Shown here one piece after another: positions 24,401-36,358 of a DNA stretch of 64,000 bases. The stretch comes from Callorhinchus milii (taxonomy: Eukaryota). The position numbers and the translations under genes were made by a program. Below the pieces are notes generated by a model. The model was not told where the DNA came from and did not search any database. It saw nothing but the letters and a program-made list of their open reading frames with translations. The stretch lies in NCBI RefSeq assembly GCF_018977255.1, contig NW_024704767.1, positions 4,216,001 to 4,280,000 of the forward strand, written 5' to 3'. Positions within the stretch are counted from its first letter, which is position 1; each line of letters opens with the position of its first letter.

Positions 24401-27400
24401 ACTATCATAAGGATCCTTCAGAAATGGAAGGGAGAAATTGAGAGAAAAAATGTTGAATTGAAGTTCCGGATGGACAGTCTCTGGACTGTCACTGAGTGTC
24501 TTCATCATATACTTACTTGGTTAAAAATTGGAGTCTCCCAAGGAAGTGAAATGCACCATTTTAATGGAATGGAGAAGGAGGAAGAGGGAAGATTGGTATA
24601 ATCTATCTTAGCTTATATGGACATTTCTCCTGGCCAAACATAAATTTGAATCAAATGTATTGCAAGTGAGTTTATAGGTGAGGGTGTCACACTCACACCT
24701 CAAGGGCTGTGGTAAGAAGCCCACAGGGAGGGAAACATGAGAAAATTAAGAGAAAAATAGATTTTTTTAAAAAAAAGTCCAAAATCTTAAGAAAACAATA
24801 TTCTACATATCATTGTGCAGATGGGAGCTCTAAACACTTGTGGGTGCCAAGTGCTTGTGCTAACCTCAAATCAGATTGGAACCAAAAGACCTTCAAACCA
24901 CTATCAATCCAATTCAATTTGACAAAAAGATCAATTAAAAGATGTTGCATATGAAGGACAAATGGTTTCTATTACAATTAAAATCTAGTTGAAAGATCTA
25001 ACTGGGTGCTTTAGTGATCTGTCTTAATCATTCCATTGATTCAGTGCCAGCGCCAAAGAAAAGTTGTGGTTTAGTGGCCCATTTATTGGCTTCCTCCAAG
25101 TAACATAAAATTCATGCAGTGTATTATTTATCAGCCACTTCCCACAAATGCTCAGCCTATTGGGTTTCAATTTTATTTTCGGTTAGTTTCCTCTTAAATT
25201 TTACAGAGACCCCAAAATAGTTACTGTAACATGCACATTATGCTGGCTGAATTAACACTACAATACTTCAAAGTTAATGGAAATCAAATTAGTTCCAGAT
25301 CAACTCTTGAGTATTCAATTCTTTTAAAAGCTCAAATTTCCAAATGTGCCCTTTAACAGACAGAATCTCATTCAATAACCACTAAATGATCTGTCTGTCT
25401 TTCCTTGGATATAGAATGAACCTAAAGAAGTACCATTTTGCGAAATTTAACAAAAAAAACTCAGTATTCATTCCTCTATTTGGAATCTAAATCCTAAAGG
25501 CTTAACTTGCTATTTATAGGCTATTTTTTATCATCTTTTTAAAAAAAAAGATATTTCGATTGCTATTCCCATTCAAAGTCCACATGCCATTTTTTAAAAA
25601 AGCAAACAAACTTGAACCTTAGAAACCAAACGGGAACCCAGTTAAAAACAAAACTGAAATCTACTCGGACTTCTCTGTTCCAGAGAGAAAAGTGCCAGGG
25701 GCCAGGGAACCCTGGCCTTTAATATTCTGGAATTACTGTCATCCATTCTAAAACTTTGTTTTCAGAAATACCACTGGAAAAAGAACCATACGCAGATTCA
25801 CTGGCAGAAACAACATTGTATCACGTCCTACAATTACAACCGAGCTACGTGCTATATGTTTTGGAAAGCCTAGAACAACTCAGATCAGATGTATTTTCTG
25901 GAGGTAACAAGTTTGCTTGTCTGTTTCATTAAATTGTCAGTCAGCACCACTTCATCCACTCTCTCTTGAAACTGTTGGTTGAACTTTAATAAGCAAAGCT
26001 TGACAGACTGTGCCACAGTTCAGTAAAATACTTTCCAAAAATTACATGCCTTCGATGTCTCACTTCTCCGTGGAAAGAGAACAACCATGACATTTTGAAT
26101 TCTTATCAGTCGAACACAGTTACACAATCCCCAGCTGGATTTAAACTGGATCAAGAACAAAGTACTATAAAGGCCTGAATGATTGAGTAATCATCATTTT
26201 TTAATCGCAACTTTGAAAACCTTAGTCAATGCCTGGGTTTCTTTAATTATGGCTTTAGCAATAGAGCAAGTTTAATCCACTAAAAATCGTGATCATTTTG
26301 TGTATCTCAGAGACTGACAGTATTTGTTATACAATGCAGAGTTGATAGTCAGACTGCCAAAAAAAATGAGAAGCTGGAAATTCAAGATTATTCCAATGTC
26401 CTTTCTACTAAGCCATCGACTTGAGATGCAAAACGAGTAAGCAAAATGGAAATTTCTATAAGAATGCAGCCCATAACCTCCTAAAGATGAATGCAACAAA
26501 ATCAGAAAGAATTTACAAGTACATTAATCAATCATTTTATCCCTGGAATCAAATATAATTGCTAAAAATATGTTTCCACATATTGAAAGTGACAGCGTGT
26601 ATAAACGCATTTACTTTATATCCTTCCAAGCCTGCATTTAATTTGGCTTTATGTTACTTTGTACTCTCCGATGCAGATCCTCTCCACTAAAATTTATAGC
26701 ATAACACTGCATTCAGTTTGAATATATTAGTCTATCCAGTGTTCATCACACACATCCATGTCCATAAGCACAAAGGGAAGAGAATGCTTCTTCAATCATA
26801 GTGTTAAATCACCTCTTCATGTGAACATTTCTGAATGTAACCCGAGCTGATAGTTTGTAGTGGTCACAAAAGCCTTTCTGACAGACACTGCAAGCAATAA
26901 TATCAGCAGAGAGAGAGAGAGAGAAACAGTGCATTGTATTCAGTTCATTATACATTGCCCCTTGTATATGGAAAGAAAATTCCTACACACAGCAGATACT
27001 GGCATATTCAATTGGTTCCTGAATTAATGTCAAAAGTACCTTTTTCTTTATAACCCCCCACACCATTCTTCAACATTAAGTAGGGTTTAAAAACAGAAAG
27101 TTACTGTATGGGTGGCCCAATTTTCAGTATCCAAAAAATAAACACATCTTACTGTTAAAGATAAACCTTGCAGATAAAAGTGTTGTGAATATGTCCCTGT
27201 TCTTGAACGAGTTCACTGAAAGGCATGTTCTAACTGAACTGGCAAATGCATCATAGCTGTTACAATCACACCAGACTGTTTACACAACTGAAAAGACATG
27301 GAAACAAACATTTTTACTTCATCACTTACTGTTTACAAAGCTGCTTCCGATAACCAAGTAACAACCAACTGCATAACTGCCCCCACTCCTGGTCTTTGTA

Positions 27401-28378
27401 CAGTGCCAGCTTACTTACTTTAAATCCTTTTAGCTTTGTTTTCTAGTTCCAGAATTCAGTGTGAAACACTGGACACCACTCTTTTGGTAATCAAATTGTT
27501 ATGCTTCATCTGGGCACAGCAAGGATTTCACATCAAATATCATAGTAAGCTAAGCATACACAGTAGTTATAATAAAGTCACATTTGAAGTCAAATTGTGT
27601 TCTTCACTGAGAACCCAGCATGGTATTTCCAAACTGAAACGTCTTCTTTTAACTCTGACATTGGCAGTTTTGAATGTACAGAAGAAACATTTAGGATTAC
27701 AAGACACAAAGCCAAGAATTGAAACTTGGAGTCTCTACGTACTAGTTCAGTAATGAAAGCACAAACAAGAGCATGTGTACCTGACGAACAGTCCATCAAG
27801 AAGCATACAGTTCCAACTGTACTATTTAAATGAAAGGTCTAAAGTCTGAAATAAATGTGTATTCAACCTGATAATAGAATTGGATGGGCACAGAGTCAAA
27901 GTCTTGTCTCAAGTTTCACTACTAACTGGCAACTTATAAATGACATGATCACAGTGTGAGAAGCTTCCCAGGCAAAGTTTTGCATAATTTTAAGGGATTT
28001 TCTGTTTCATTCGAGCAAAATAATCATCTGATCTTAAGTAACTTTTTGTGTGATCAACTTTAACAAAATTATTTCCACATGTTTATTATTAAAATTTAGA
28101 AGCCACTGTGGAATGAATGGTTTGGGAAGAGTGTGTTCATTATCTGAAAGAGGATTTGTCACAGTTTCTCTGAAAACTGAACTTGTAACCATACGTTTGA
28201 TTCAAATCACTGGAAAAGCCTGTGGTTATTTCCCATTTCTCAACAGTGAAGAATTTGCTTAACCTTGTAATAGTGGCCAATGAACACAGACTAGAAAATT
28301 AGTGCTTTTAATGTTTGCTCAGCCTCAGAAAATGGTGTTCAGTTTACAGGACTCCTGAAAATGTTCTCTCAATGCGTA

Positions 28379-29139
28379 TGGCTACCACATAGCCTCTCTC
28401 TAAAACATTGCTGCAATAATCATCTCTCATTAACTGAAAACACCAAGATTATGTCACCAAGTCACAAGACAAGGCTGGATGAACAAGTCCCTTCAGCTCA
28501 TTTAATTTCATTTGTGCAGAATATCTACCCAACTGTCTTCCCATTACAGCAACAAGCTGTTTCATAAATGAATCCAGCATCCTGTCCTAAACCTATCACT
28601 CTTTGTGGTAACCGATTCCAACTATTAATTGTCCCTGGGTAAAACATTTTACTTCCTAGTGTCTATCCTGAAATTGCCCTTTGCTACCTTAAACCTGTGC
28701 TCTCTTGTTCTACTGTCTCACCACATCAAAAGTATTGCACTGGATTCATTTTCTCTATTCCATTTAAAATCTTATATACCTCTATAAAGTCTCCTCTGAG
28801 ACATCTCCTTTCAGAACTGAAAAGCCCAGGGTTGTCTAATTGCTGCTCATATCTCTTTCATTTAACATTCCTCATTGTTTTCTTCTGCACTGGCTTTAGG
28901 CCCTGGGCAGCTACTTAAGTGTGGTGGCCAGATTTGTAACCAATACTCCAGGTGCAGTCCAACCAGAGCAATGTAGAGTTTGACTTCTGAGGATCTTAAC
29001 TGATTTGGCAATAATAGGCCAACATTGTGTTCACATATCACATGGTTTTTCATAAGGTCCAGTGATTGTCTAAGCATGTGGCTACCACAAAGCCTCTCTC
29101 TAAAACACTGCTGCAATAATCACCTTTCCTTAACTGAAA
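28379..29139. repeat. 61-bp direct repeat pair (28379-28439 and 29079-29139) flanking the CR1 fragment
   Basis: TGGCTACCACAtAGCCTCTCTCTAAAACAtTGCTGCAATAATCAtCTcTCaTTAACTGAAA versus TGGCTACCACAaAGCCTCTCTCTAAAACAcTGCTGCAATAATCAcCTtTCcTTAACTGAAA; 56/61 identical, ungapped, 700 bp apart. Confidence 0.92.
28441..29078 (-). mobile_element. 5'-truncated, degraded CR1 LINE
   Basis: ORF 28862..29116 contains KLYIALVGLHLEYWLQIWPPH (CR1 consensus LY.ALVRPHLEYC.QFWSP). The + strand TAAAATCTTATATACCTCTATAAAGTCTCCTCTGAGACATCT is the reverse complement of R.LRGD.IEVYKIL. The 3' UTR near 28445-28560 resembles those at ~11940-12025, 44620-44750 and 58390-58555. Confidence 0.85.
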
Positions 29140-32100
29140 GACACAGGGTGACAATACAGGGCTTGAACAGCAACTTTCCAACTCCGAGGCTGACATTTGT
29201 CTGAATTGGTATTTCAACCGTTTTCGCATGATGCAATTTGAACTTTAGCCTGTTATGATTTGTAAATTGCGGATCATTAACTGTTAATCTTTACAATCCT
29301 GATATGAATGTTGTAATATGCAGCAGTTGACTTCCAGTCAAGACCACGTAGGTTAATGCCTTGAAGTAAGTTACCCAACAGGGTATTGTACTTGGCAGGG
29401 GATACCAGAAGAGAAGACAAATTGTGGAAGAAAAGTTAGAGGATATTATAATTCTAAGCAAGGTGTAAACCTGGAGCAGTTCAATCTCGTCATTTTATTC
29501 AATGTTACTTGGTCATAAAATAAATATTGATGGTGAAATTTAAGACACAGCACTTGTGTATCAACCTAAATTGTATTTGAGAAATGTGTCTCTAGTTAGC
29601 AGAATTCCAGTAAATATTATTAAAATTGACTGTCAGTAATTAGTCCAAGTACATGTGTACATTTCTGAAGATGCAGTGTGTTGGAGGAGACTGCCTTTAC
29701 TTCCAATTTGACACATTTTCATTTGGCTGAACAAACGGCAAACCTTACACGTGTGTGCAAGGTTTCTCAGTAAAATCCTTCACTTATATTTTCGTACTGA
29801 AAATTAATCTGTGACATGTGATATCCCACAAATCCTGAGAAGCATTTCATTTATGAATGGTTATATATCGTTCTCATAAAACAAATTAATAAGACTACCA
29901 ATTTGGAGCTTCTAAATGGCCATTGAAAGGCATTAGTCACTGTAATGTAGCCACATGAATAGAGATTCCTTTAACTTAATACTGTGTATGTTTGATGTCA
30001 GGTATGATTTCTTTGACTTGGGAAATAAAATAGTGTGGGGGAACAATGGATAATTCCACAATGCAATGCAGCAATTGGTATTATTTGCTGCAAACTAAAA
30101 TAAGCGAGCTGCAAGACTGTCACAAAATATTACCTTCAAAAAACCTGCCTAACTAACACTTCATAATTCAAGGTGAATGGGGTTCTTTGTTATTGTGGTA
30201 GTGATCAAAAGGGCTTTCTTCAGTTCTTCAAAATCCATCTGTCGTGGTCCTTGCTTCTTCAAAGAAAATCAGTCTGTCAGATTTCTACTTTTGTACAATT
30301 AGCTCCTTGTTCAGCCCAGACGGTCCTCAATCCAATGCCCCACAACATTGGTTCTGTTGCTCTCCAGTACAAGGTAAGATTCAATTCCATTTATAAGAAC
30401 TAGGCAACTAATTTCTGGTCTTGTAATCCTGAAACTAATCTATGTGAGTAATATAATGTAATGGCACACTGATGTTTCCTTATGCGGATCTATCAATCTC
30501 TTTTGGTTCTAATTATATCACACCAGCTCAATTACACAAAGGGAAATGCAAAGCAACCCGTATAAAGCGCAATGGAATTGTTATGATTGTCAGTGTTCTA
30601 TGATGCAACTGCATCCTTTTAAAATGGAGTTGATCAATCTACGTCAATAAACAGCTGCAAATAATATTCTGAACAGGTTCCACTTGGCAGCTACAATTTT
30701 GGCCTCAATTAGATCCACCTTATAACATTTTATTTATTTTGTTTAATTCCTAAATCATTGAAGGAAGGGGAAATTCCAGCTAAATTACTAGAGCAAACAA
30801 TAGAGGAATACTGAAGAGTCTGAGGAGGGAGTAAGTGAGCAGGATTTAATTAGATGGAGAATGTCACTACTGCAGACCCAATGTCTCGAATGGATTGTTT
30901 CTGTACTGTAAATTCTATACATCCATGATTCTGAATGACTGCTTCTTGAGATCAGACACAAGAGTAAATCGGGAAGTCTCTTTCTTACAGAATGTGTGTT
31001 AATCTTTTCCTTGTGGAATAATAACCTGAATCAATACGCTTCTTCCTGAATCCTTGAAAGTACCTATCGCTGCATTAAAATGCATTATCCACAGCAAAAA
31101 TCGAAAAGGCTAGATTATGGTCAAGGCTACTCTACAATTGCAACAACACATCATCAGTTGAGTGGAGCTAACTAGTCCCATGATGGTCTATTTCCATCTC
31201 ACGTTCTCCATTAATGGACAAACAATCCAAATATTGGTGACTTCTCCTTCATAAAGATAGGAAGAGTTGACATTGAGGAATCGGACTGTGACAATGTCAC
31301 AACTACTTGACCACCACAAGCCAATTATCTCCTTGGTAACTTTTTGGACGTTTGCCTCCTGCTTAAAACCCAAGTAATCAATGCAACAAAACCCTTTCAA
31401 CAACAGACAAATCATTCAAAGATACAATCTTCACGCAATTCACGCAGCATCATAATCTGTCAAATGTTACATAGTGTTTGTAATTAGGCCAACAAAACCC
31501 ACAGTACAAGAGCAAAAGTCTTTAGTATCTAAGATTTGCTTATTCATGAGTATCCTTCCATCGACCATTCAGTACATTAATATTAATCTGGCCACAAGAG
31601 AACTCTGTATCTGATGAACCATGAGTCAAATGAAATTAAATGGTGACTGTGAGCATCACTCACTGTGTAAGTGTATTTCGGATTCAGTAGTGCTAGGCTT
31701 GGCTGTTATAAGCATCGCTGCATTTGGAACTCAGTTGCTCAGTAAGTAATGTAGGCAAATGGTTGCCAAAATTTTGCCCACACATACAACCCCTGAACTT
31801 GACTGCAATTACTTGTGAAGCTCTTTATGACAGTTTGACCTTAAAGGTGCCTATATTTAATTCCTGTGAAGCGCTTTGAGGCATTGATGATGTGACAAGG
31901 CACTGTGTCAAATACAAGAATTATTATGTTATCAAAAGCAAGGATTTCTATAGTGCTGTTTAGAAGCTGCAGTTTGCAATTGGGTGTTTGCGGAGATTGA
32001 CTCTCAACGTCTCAGATGGGACTGAAAGGATTATTCTTAAAAGTGACAGCAGACATAAGGTGGGCCAAAGGGCCTTCTGTGCTGTACATTTCTATGGTTA

Positions 32101-32348
32101 TATGATGGAAATGCATGACTCAGGGGAGGAAGAGAAAAGTGACTAAATACCAATACATAATGGATTTCAGGTTATTTATTTCTTATTATAAGCCTAAGAT
32201 ATCCGATTACCAGGCGATAAAGCAATTTAATATAAATAAAGGTGATAAATGACAATGTTTATGTTTTGGACAAAAGTAATGCTTTTAATGGTTTTAGTTC
32301 ATGTTGTGTACGAGACAAACTTATGAACTTAACTGCAAGTCTTAATGT

Positions 32349-32676
32349 GGAGTCCTGCAGCTTAGTGGTTAAAGCACTTGCTTCATAAGTGAGAGGACCT
32401 GGGTTTGATTCCTGGGCAAGGTGAAATGTTGGGCAAGTTTCTTACTCCACACGCTTATGTTTAACTTGCAGTAAGTAGGAACCCGGTTGTTCGTCGATTG
32501 GCAGATTACTTTTCCGGGAGTAATAATCCTTTCNAAAAAAAAAATTTGGTCACTCAATCCACGATTGTTTGTGGGACACTGCTGTGTACAATTTGTTACT
32601 GAGTTTCACCCACAAGCACTTTGATTCATCTCAAAGATTTGATAAGGCGCTATATCAAATGCAAGGATTATTATTA
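32349..32676 (+). mobile_element. Near full-length tRNA-derived SINE with L2-like tail
   Basis: Pol III A-box-like CAGCTTAGTGG and B-box GGTTTGATTCC, body GGGCAAGTTTCTTACTCCACACGC, an A-rich linker (containing the single N at 32534) and the tail GATAAGGCGCTATATCAAATGCAAGG(ATT)n. Homologous to 56016-56315. Confidence 0.88.
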
Positions 32677-33939
32677 CAATTATTATTTATTCTTGCAGGA
32701 GACAAACAGCAAGAGTACATGCACTTTCAATATAGTAGATAATTCATTGCTGATACTGCAATGTAAGGTGAGAATTTATTTCATGCCTCAATGAGAGAAA
32801 ATGCACATTGCAAATATTTCATGATTTGGTGAGCAAGTGAGAGAGAGAGGGAGAGAGAGACACTAGTACATTGGCCTAGGGGATAAAACATGCTAGTTGC
32901 TGCTGTCATTAACCTTTCGTTTGCACCCACAAAGATAATAACTGGCTACTAGGTTGCTATTTGCATCACAGCTACGCACTGTTTAATAAACCCTATCAGC
33001 AATACTCAATACCGGCTGTCGCTACTACTCAGTACCACAGCTCCAAGCATCTGTTCAGTCGCCAGGAACTGAAAACTGGAACTTTTTAATAATTTATTTT
33101 GCTTAGCTCCTTACTCAGGTCACATTCAAATGTAAAAATGTTTGCTTTCTCTGGAGCCTTATGATAAGGCCTATAAAAATGAATGTTAAAAAAATCCTCC
33201 CAAAATACTGTCAACATCATACATTTGTCTATGCAGGGTCACATGGAAGCAACGGAGAACGATAGTGAAATAACAAGCTAAAGAGCAATGTGAATAAAAA
33301 TGTTTGGAAGCTGGTCCTTTTTCTTGTGAAAGAACAACTTGTACAAAAAAAAGGCTTCAAAATCATTTCAAAAGATTCTGCACAATCTTAAAATTTGATG
33401 ACTATGGTCTTAAGGCTAAGACTATGATAGTTTCAAGCCTCTGGATTCCCAACAATACACAACATCAGGAATCCCAACAAGATATATTTTAATAAGGGGG
33501 TTTTCCACATCCGTTTCTTGCCAGGAAATTCAACATTTATTCAGCAACCCATTGGCTGGAAATGCTTCCTTGAGGCAGTTTCTAATCACTTCTAATGAAT
33601 TCAATCAGGCTGAGATCAGTTGCAGTTGTTGTAAACTGCAGTTGTTGAGTTGCATATTGCACTGGTTCAATGCGAAAAGTATAAAACAACGCAACATTTG
33701 TCATATAGTTGTAATACACCTTAAAATACTGCAAATGGTTTGACTGAAGAAAACACTGAGTCGGGCTATGATCCAGTACAAAATTACCACATGTGCAAAA
33801 CAAGATAAAAATAAACTCTCCCCCCCACCCCTTCCCCCCAAAATATTCAATAGGGAATAAATCCTTGAGAAAAGTAACAAATTCTGTAATTACTTGCTTC
33901 AGAAAACAGATGGACTGAAGGTTGCAAGTATGGAGTATT

Positions 33940-34103
33940 TTCAATCCACGACTGTTTGTGGGACACTGCTGTCCACAATTGGCTGCTGCGTTTCGCCCAC
34001 AAATATACAGTCAATTCACTTTACAGTCTATTCTGTGAAGCGCTTTGAGACGTCTAGAAGACATGAAAAGCGCTATATCAAATGCAAGGATTATTATTAT
34101 TAT
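33940..34103 (+). mobile_element. SINE 3' half (well preserved)
   Basis: TCAATCCACGACTGTTTGTGGGACACTGCTG...GCGCTATATCAAATGCAAGG(ATT)4; this accounts for the spurious ORF 33894..34130. Confidence 0.88.
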
Positions 34104-36228
34104 GGAGAGGGAAGGACAAATATTCGGTAGAATGAAAGAGCGAGTTTGTGAGAGTATGAAAATATTTTTTGTATGGAAGTCAGACATTCAAAAACTAAAG
34201 TAAGTTTCAAGTTCAGACTAATATTCTAGTATTTTAGTTATTAACTATGACAGGGAAAACATTTTCGCTCAATGCCTTCCTGCAAAAGATTCCCTAAGTT
34301 CGTAAAATTCTCACATTGGGGAGGCCAGTGTGTAACCAAGTCAGATGATGAAAAGGGTGAGTTAGCCAATCTCAGCCAGGGTGACCTGCTACTATAGACA
34401 TGTACCTCAGAATAAAACAGCATGCATAAGAGAGGGGCTGGAGAAACTGGGGAGGGAGCAAAAAAAACACAAAGCAAGTCCAGGATAAAGTGGAGGCATG
34501 AATGTGCCATGCACTGCAGGTTTTTTTCTAACTATGTTCTTTAACCATAAGGTACATGACTCACTTACCCTTCAAAAAAAAGGAAAATTTAACGTGTACA
34601 GTCATTACAGTGAGAAAATGTGTTTAAATGCTTTTAACGACGAAGGGAGCAAGAAGCAAGTGATCGGTGTGTGCTTACCTTGCTTTCAGACGACACTGAT
34701 TGTTAGGTTTTAATGCTTCCCTTTTTCAATCTAATTACATTAAGGCAAATATTCCATAACTAAGTTAAGTGTTGAAAGTCCATTATGAGTATTGTGCAAG
34801 CAGTGAAAGTCACCAAATTGGCTAATTGCAAAAGCCATAGGTTGAGATGTTTATAAAATTAATCTCGGAAGCTTTTCAAACAACATTATCATATATATAA
34901 TGAAATAAAAGGAAAAGCAAGCAACTATTTTCATAAAAATGGTTGTGATAAGCCTTCAGCCCACTTGATCTCATCCTTCCAGCCTCCCATCTCTTATTAC
35001 TGCATCAATTGGGTTTGTCAATAAGTCCACGTCCATGCCCTCTACCCTATGCATAAATTAGTTATTTCTTGTGTTTTGCCTAAAACTACTCTTCACAAGC
35101 CTGAACTTGTCCCTCTTGCCCTGGTTCTTCTGCACATCCAAACACTCCTGATTTTGGTGCTGAGGGAAACGAATATTAGCATCACAGAAACTTCAGAAAC
35201 AAATATCAAACTAGCATTCTGTTTCCGAGTATTGGCGCTGGAGTAAAAATATGTAAACGGCATGCGTGTTATAGTCCCTACTCAAGGTTAGGTCACAATA
35301 TCTACCAAAGTGCAAGATCATTACAACTCATAAAACACACTCTCATTGGAATGCGCCTTCTGTATTTCATTGCTTATATATAGCTAGGCAACAGTCATAT
35401 GATTGAAATACACAATAAAACAGTTTTGATTTTGGTTTAAACCCCTGGAACTGGAACAGTGGAAATCTCATAAAGCTTCTGAAATACTAGCAATATACTG
35501 GGCTAGGCTTTTTCGACCCACTGTATATTTGATCCCCATACAGTAGCAATTCTGTTCACAAACTGCTCAGGAAATGGAAGATGGCAGCTCATATGAACAC
35601 CAACACAATACCATTACTTGGAAATGTAATGACCTCAATTGGCTAAGATAACAGCTTTTGAACCCTGGGAGGCTAGGCTCCTTGGGTGGCCATGTCTATT
35701 TAATGAACTTCATTAGACTAATGCCTACAGCAATATTCTAACATCGGAGTCTTGCCAATATAGTGAACAGGGAAATTCTAATACTGTATGAGGGTTCCTA
35801 TAATGGTATTTGCTAATAAACCTTATACTGTTTTTTATATTATGCAACCACTTCCCAAAAAACTGCTAATGACACGAGGGAGGAGATCATGATATTTCCT
35901 TGTTTTTGCCAAGTTTAAGGCATTTTTAATGTCAGTGACCTTTAATTTTCACAAGGGAAAAAATGAGCCCAAATGGACAAAAATGGAATTTTTACAGCCT
36001 TTCAGAAATAATAAAATGAGAAAATGTTAACCGTGCTGATTTCAGGGACCAGCACAGACAAACAATTTACAAGAGGAAAGAAATTGGATGACTTCAAAGA
36101 TCAATCCATTCCCATGGATTTGTGGATGCTTCAGCAGGAAGAAATAATGGTTTAAACAAAATACATTTGACAATTTTTACCCTCTTTATGTTTGAATAAA
36201 GATATGAAATGGAAATGGTTGTAAAAAA

Positions 36229-36358
36229 TTATAATCCTTGCATTTGATACAGTGCCTTTCATTTCAGGAGGACATCTCAAAGCGCTTCACAGGATTTTTA
36301 CTGTAAAGTATAAATGAATGTACTTTGTAGATGAACACAACAGCCAAATTATGCAACA
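36229..36358 (-). mobile_element. SINE 3' tail, antisense
   Basis: ATAATCCTTGCATTTGATACAGTGCCTTTCA...TCTCAAAGCGCTTCACAG is the reverse complement of the family tail. Similar short tails lie at ~5607-5648, 8324-8378, 23027-23135 and 52030-52132 (minus), and ~23815-23920 and 31855-31927 (plus). Confidence 0.75.

Noticed and set aside
25699-25716. Small perfect hairpin GGCCAGGG-AA-CCCTGGCC and similar 8-12 bp palindromes (e.g. ~16551-16562, ~19664-19685)
   Set aside because: Short enough to occur by chance in 64 kb, with no associated structure.
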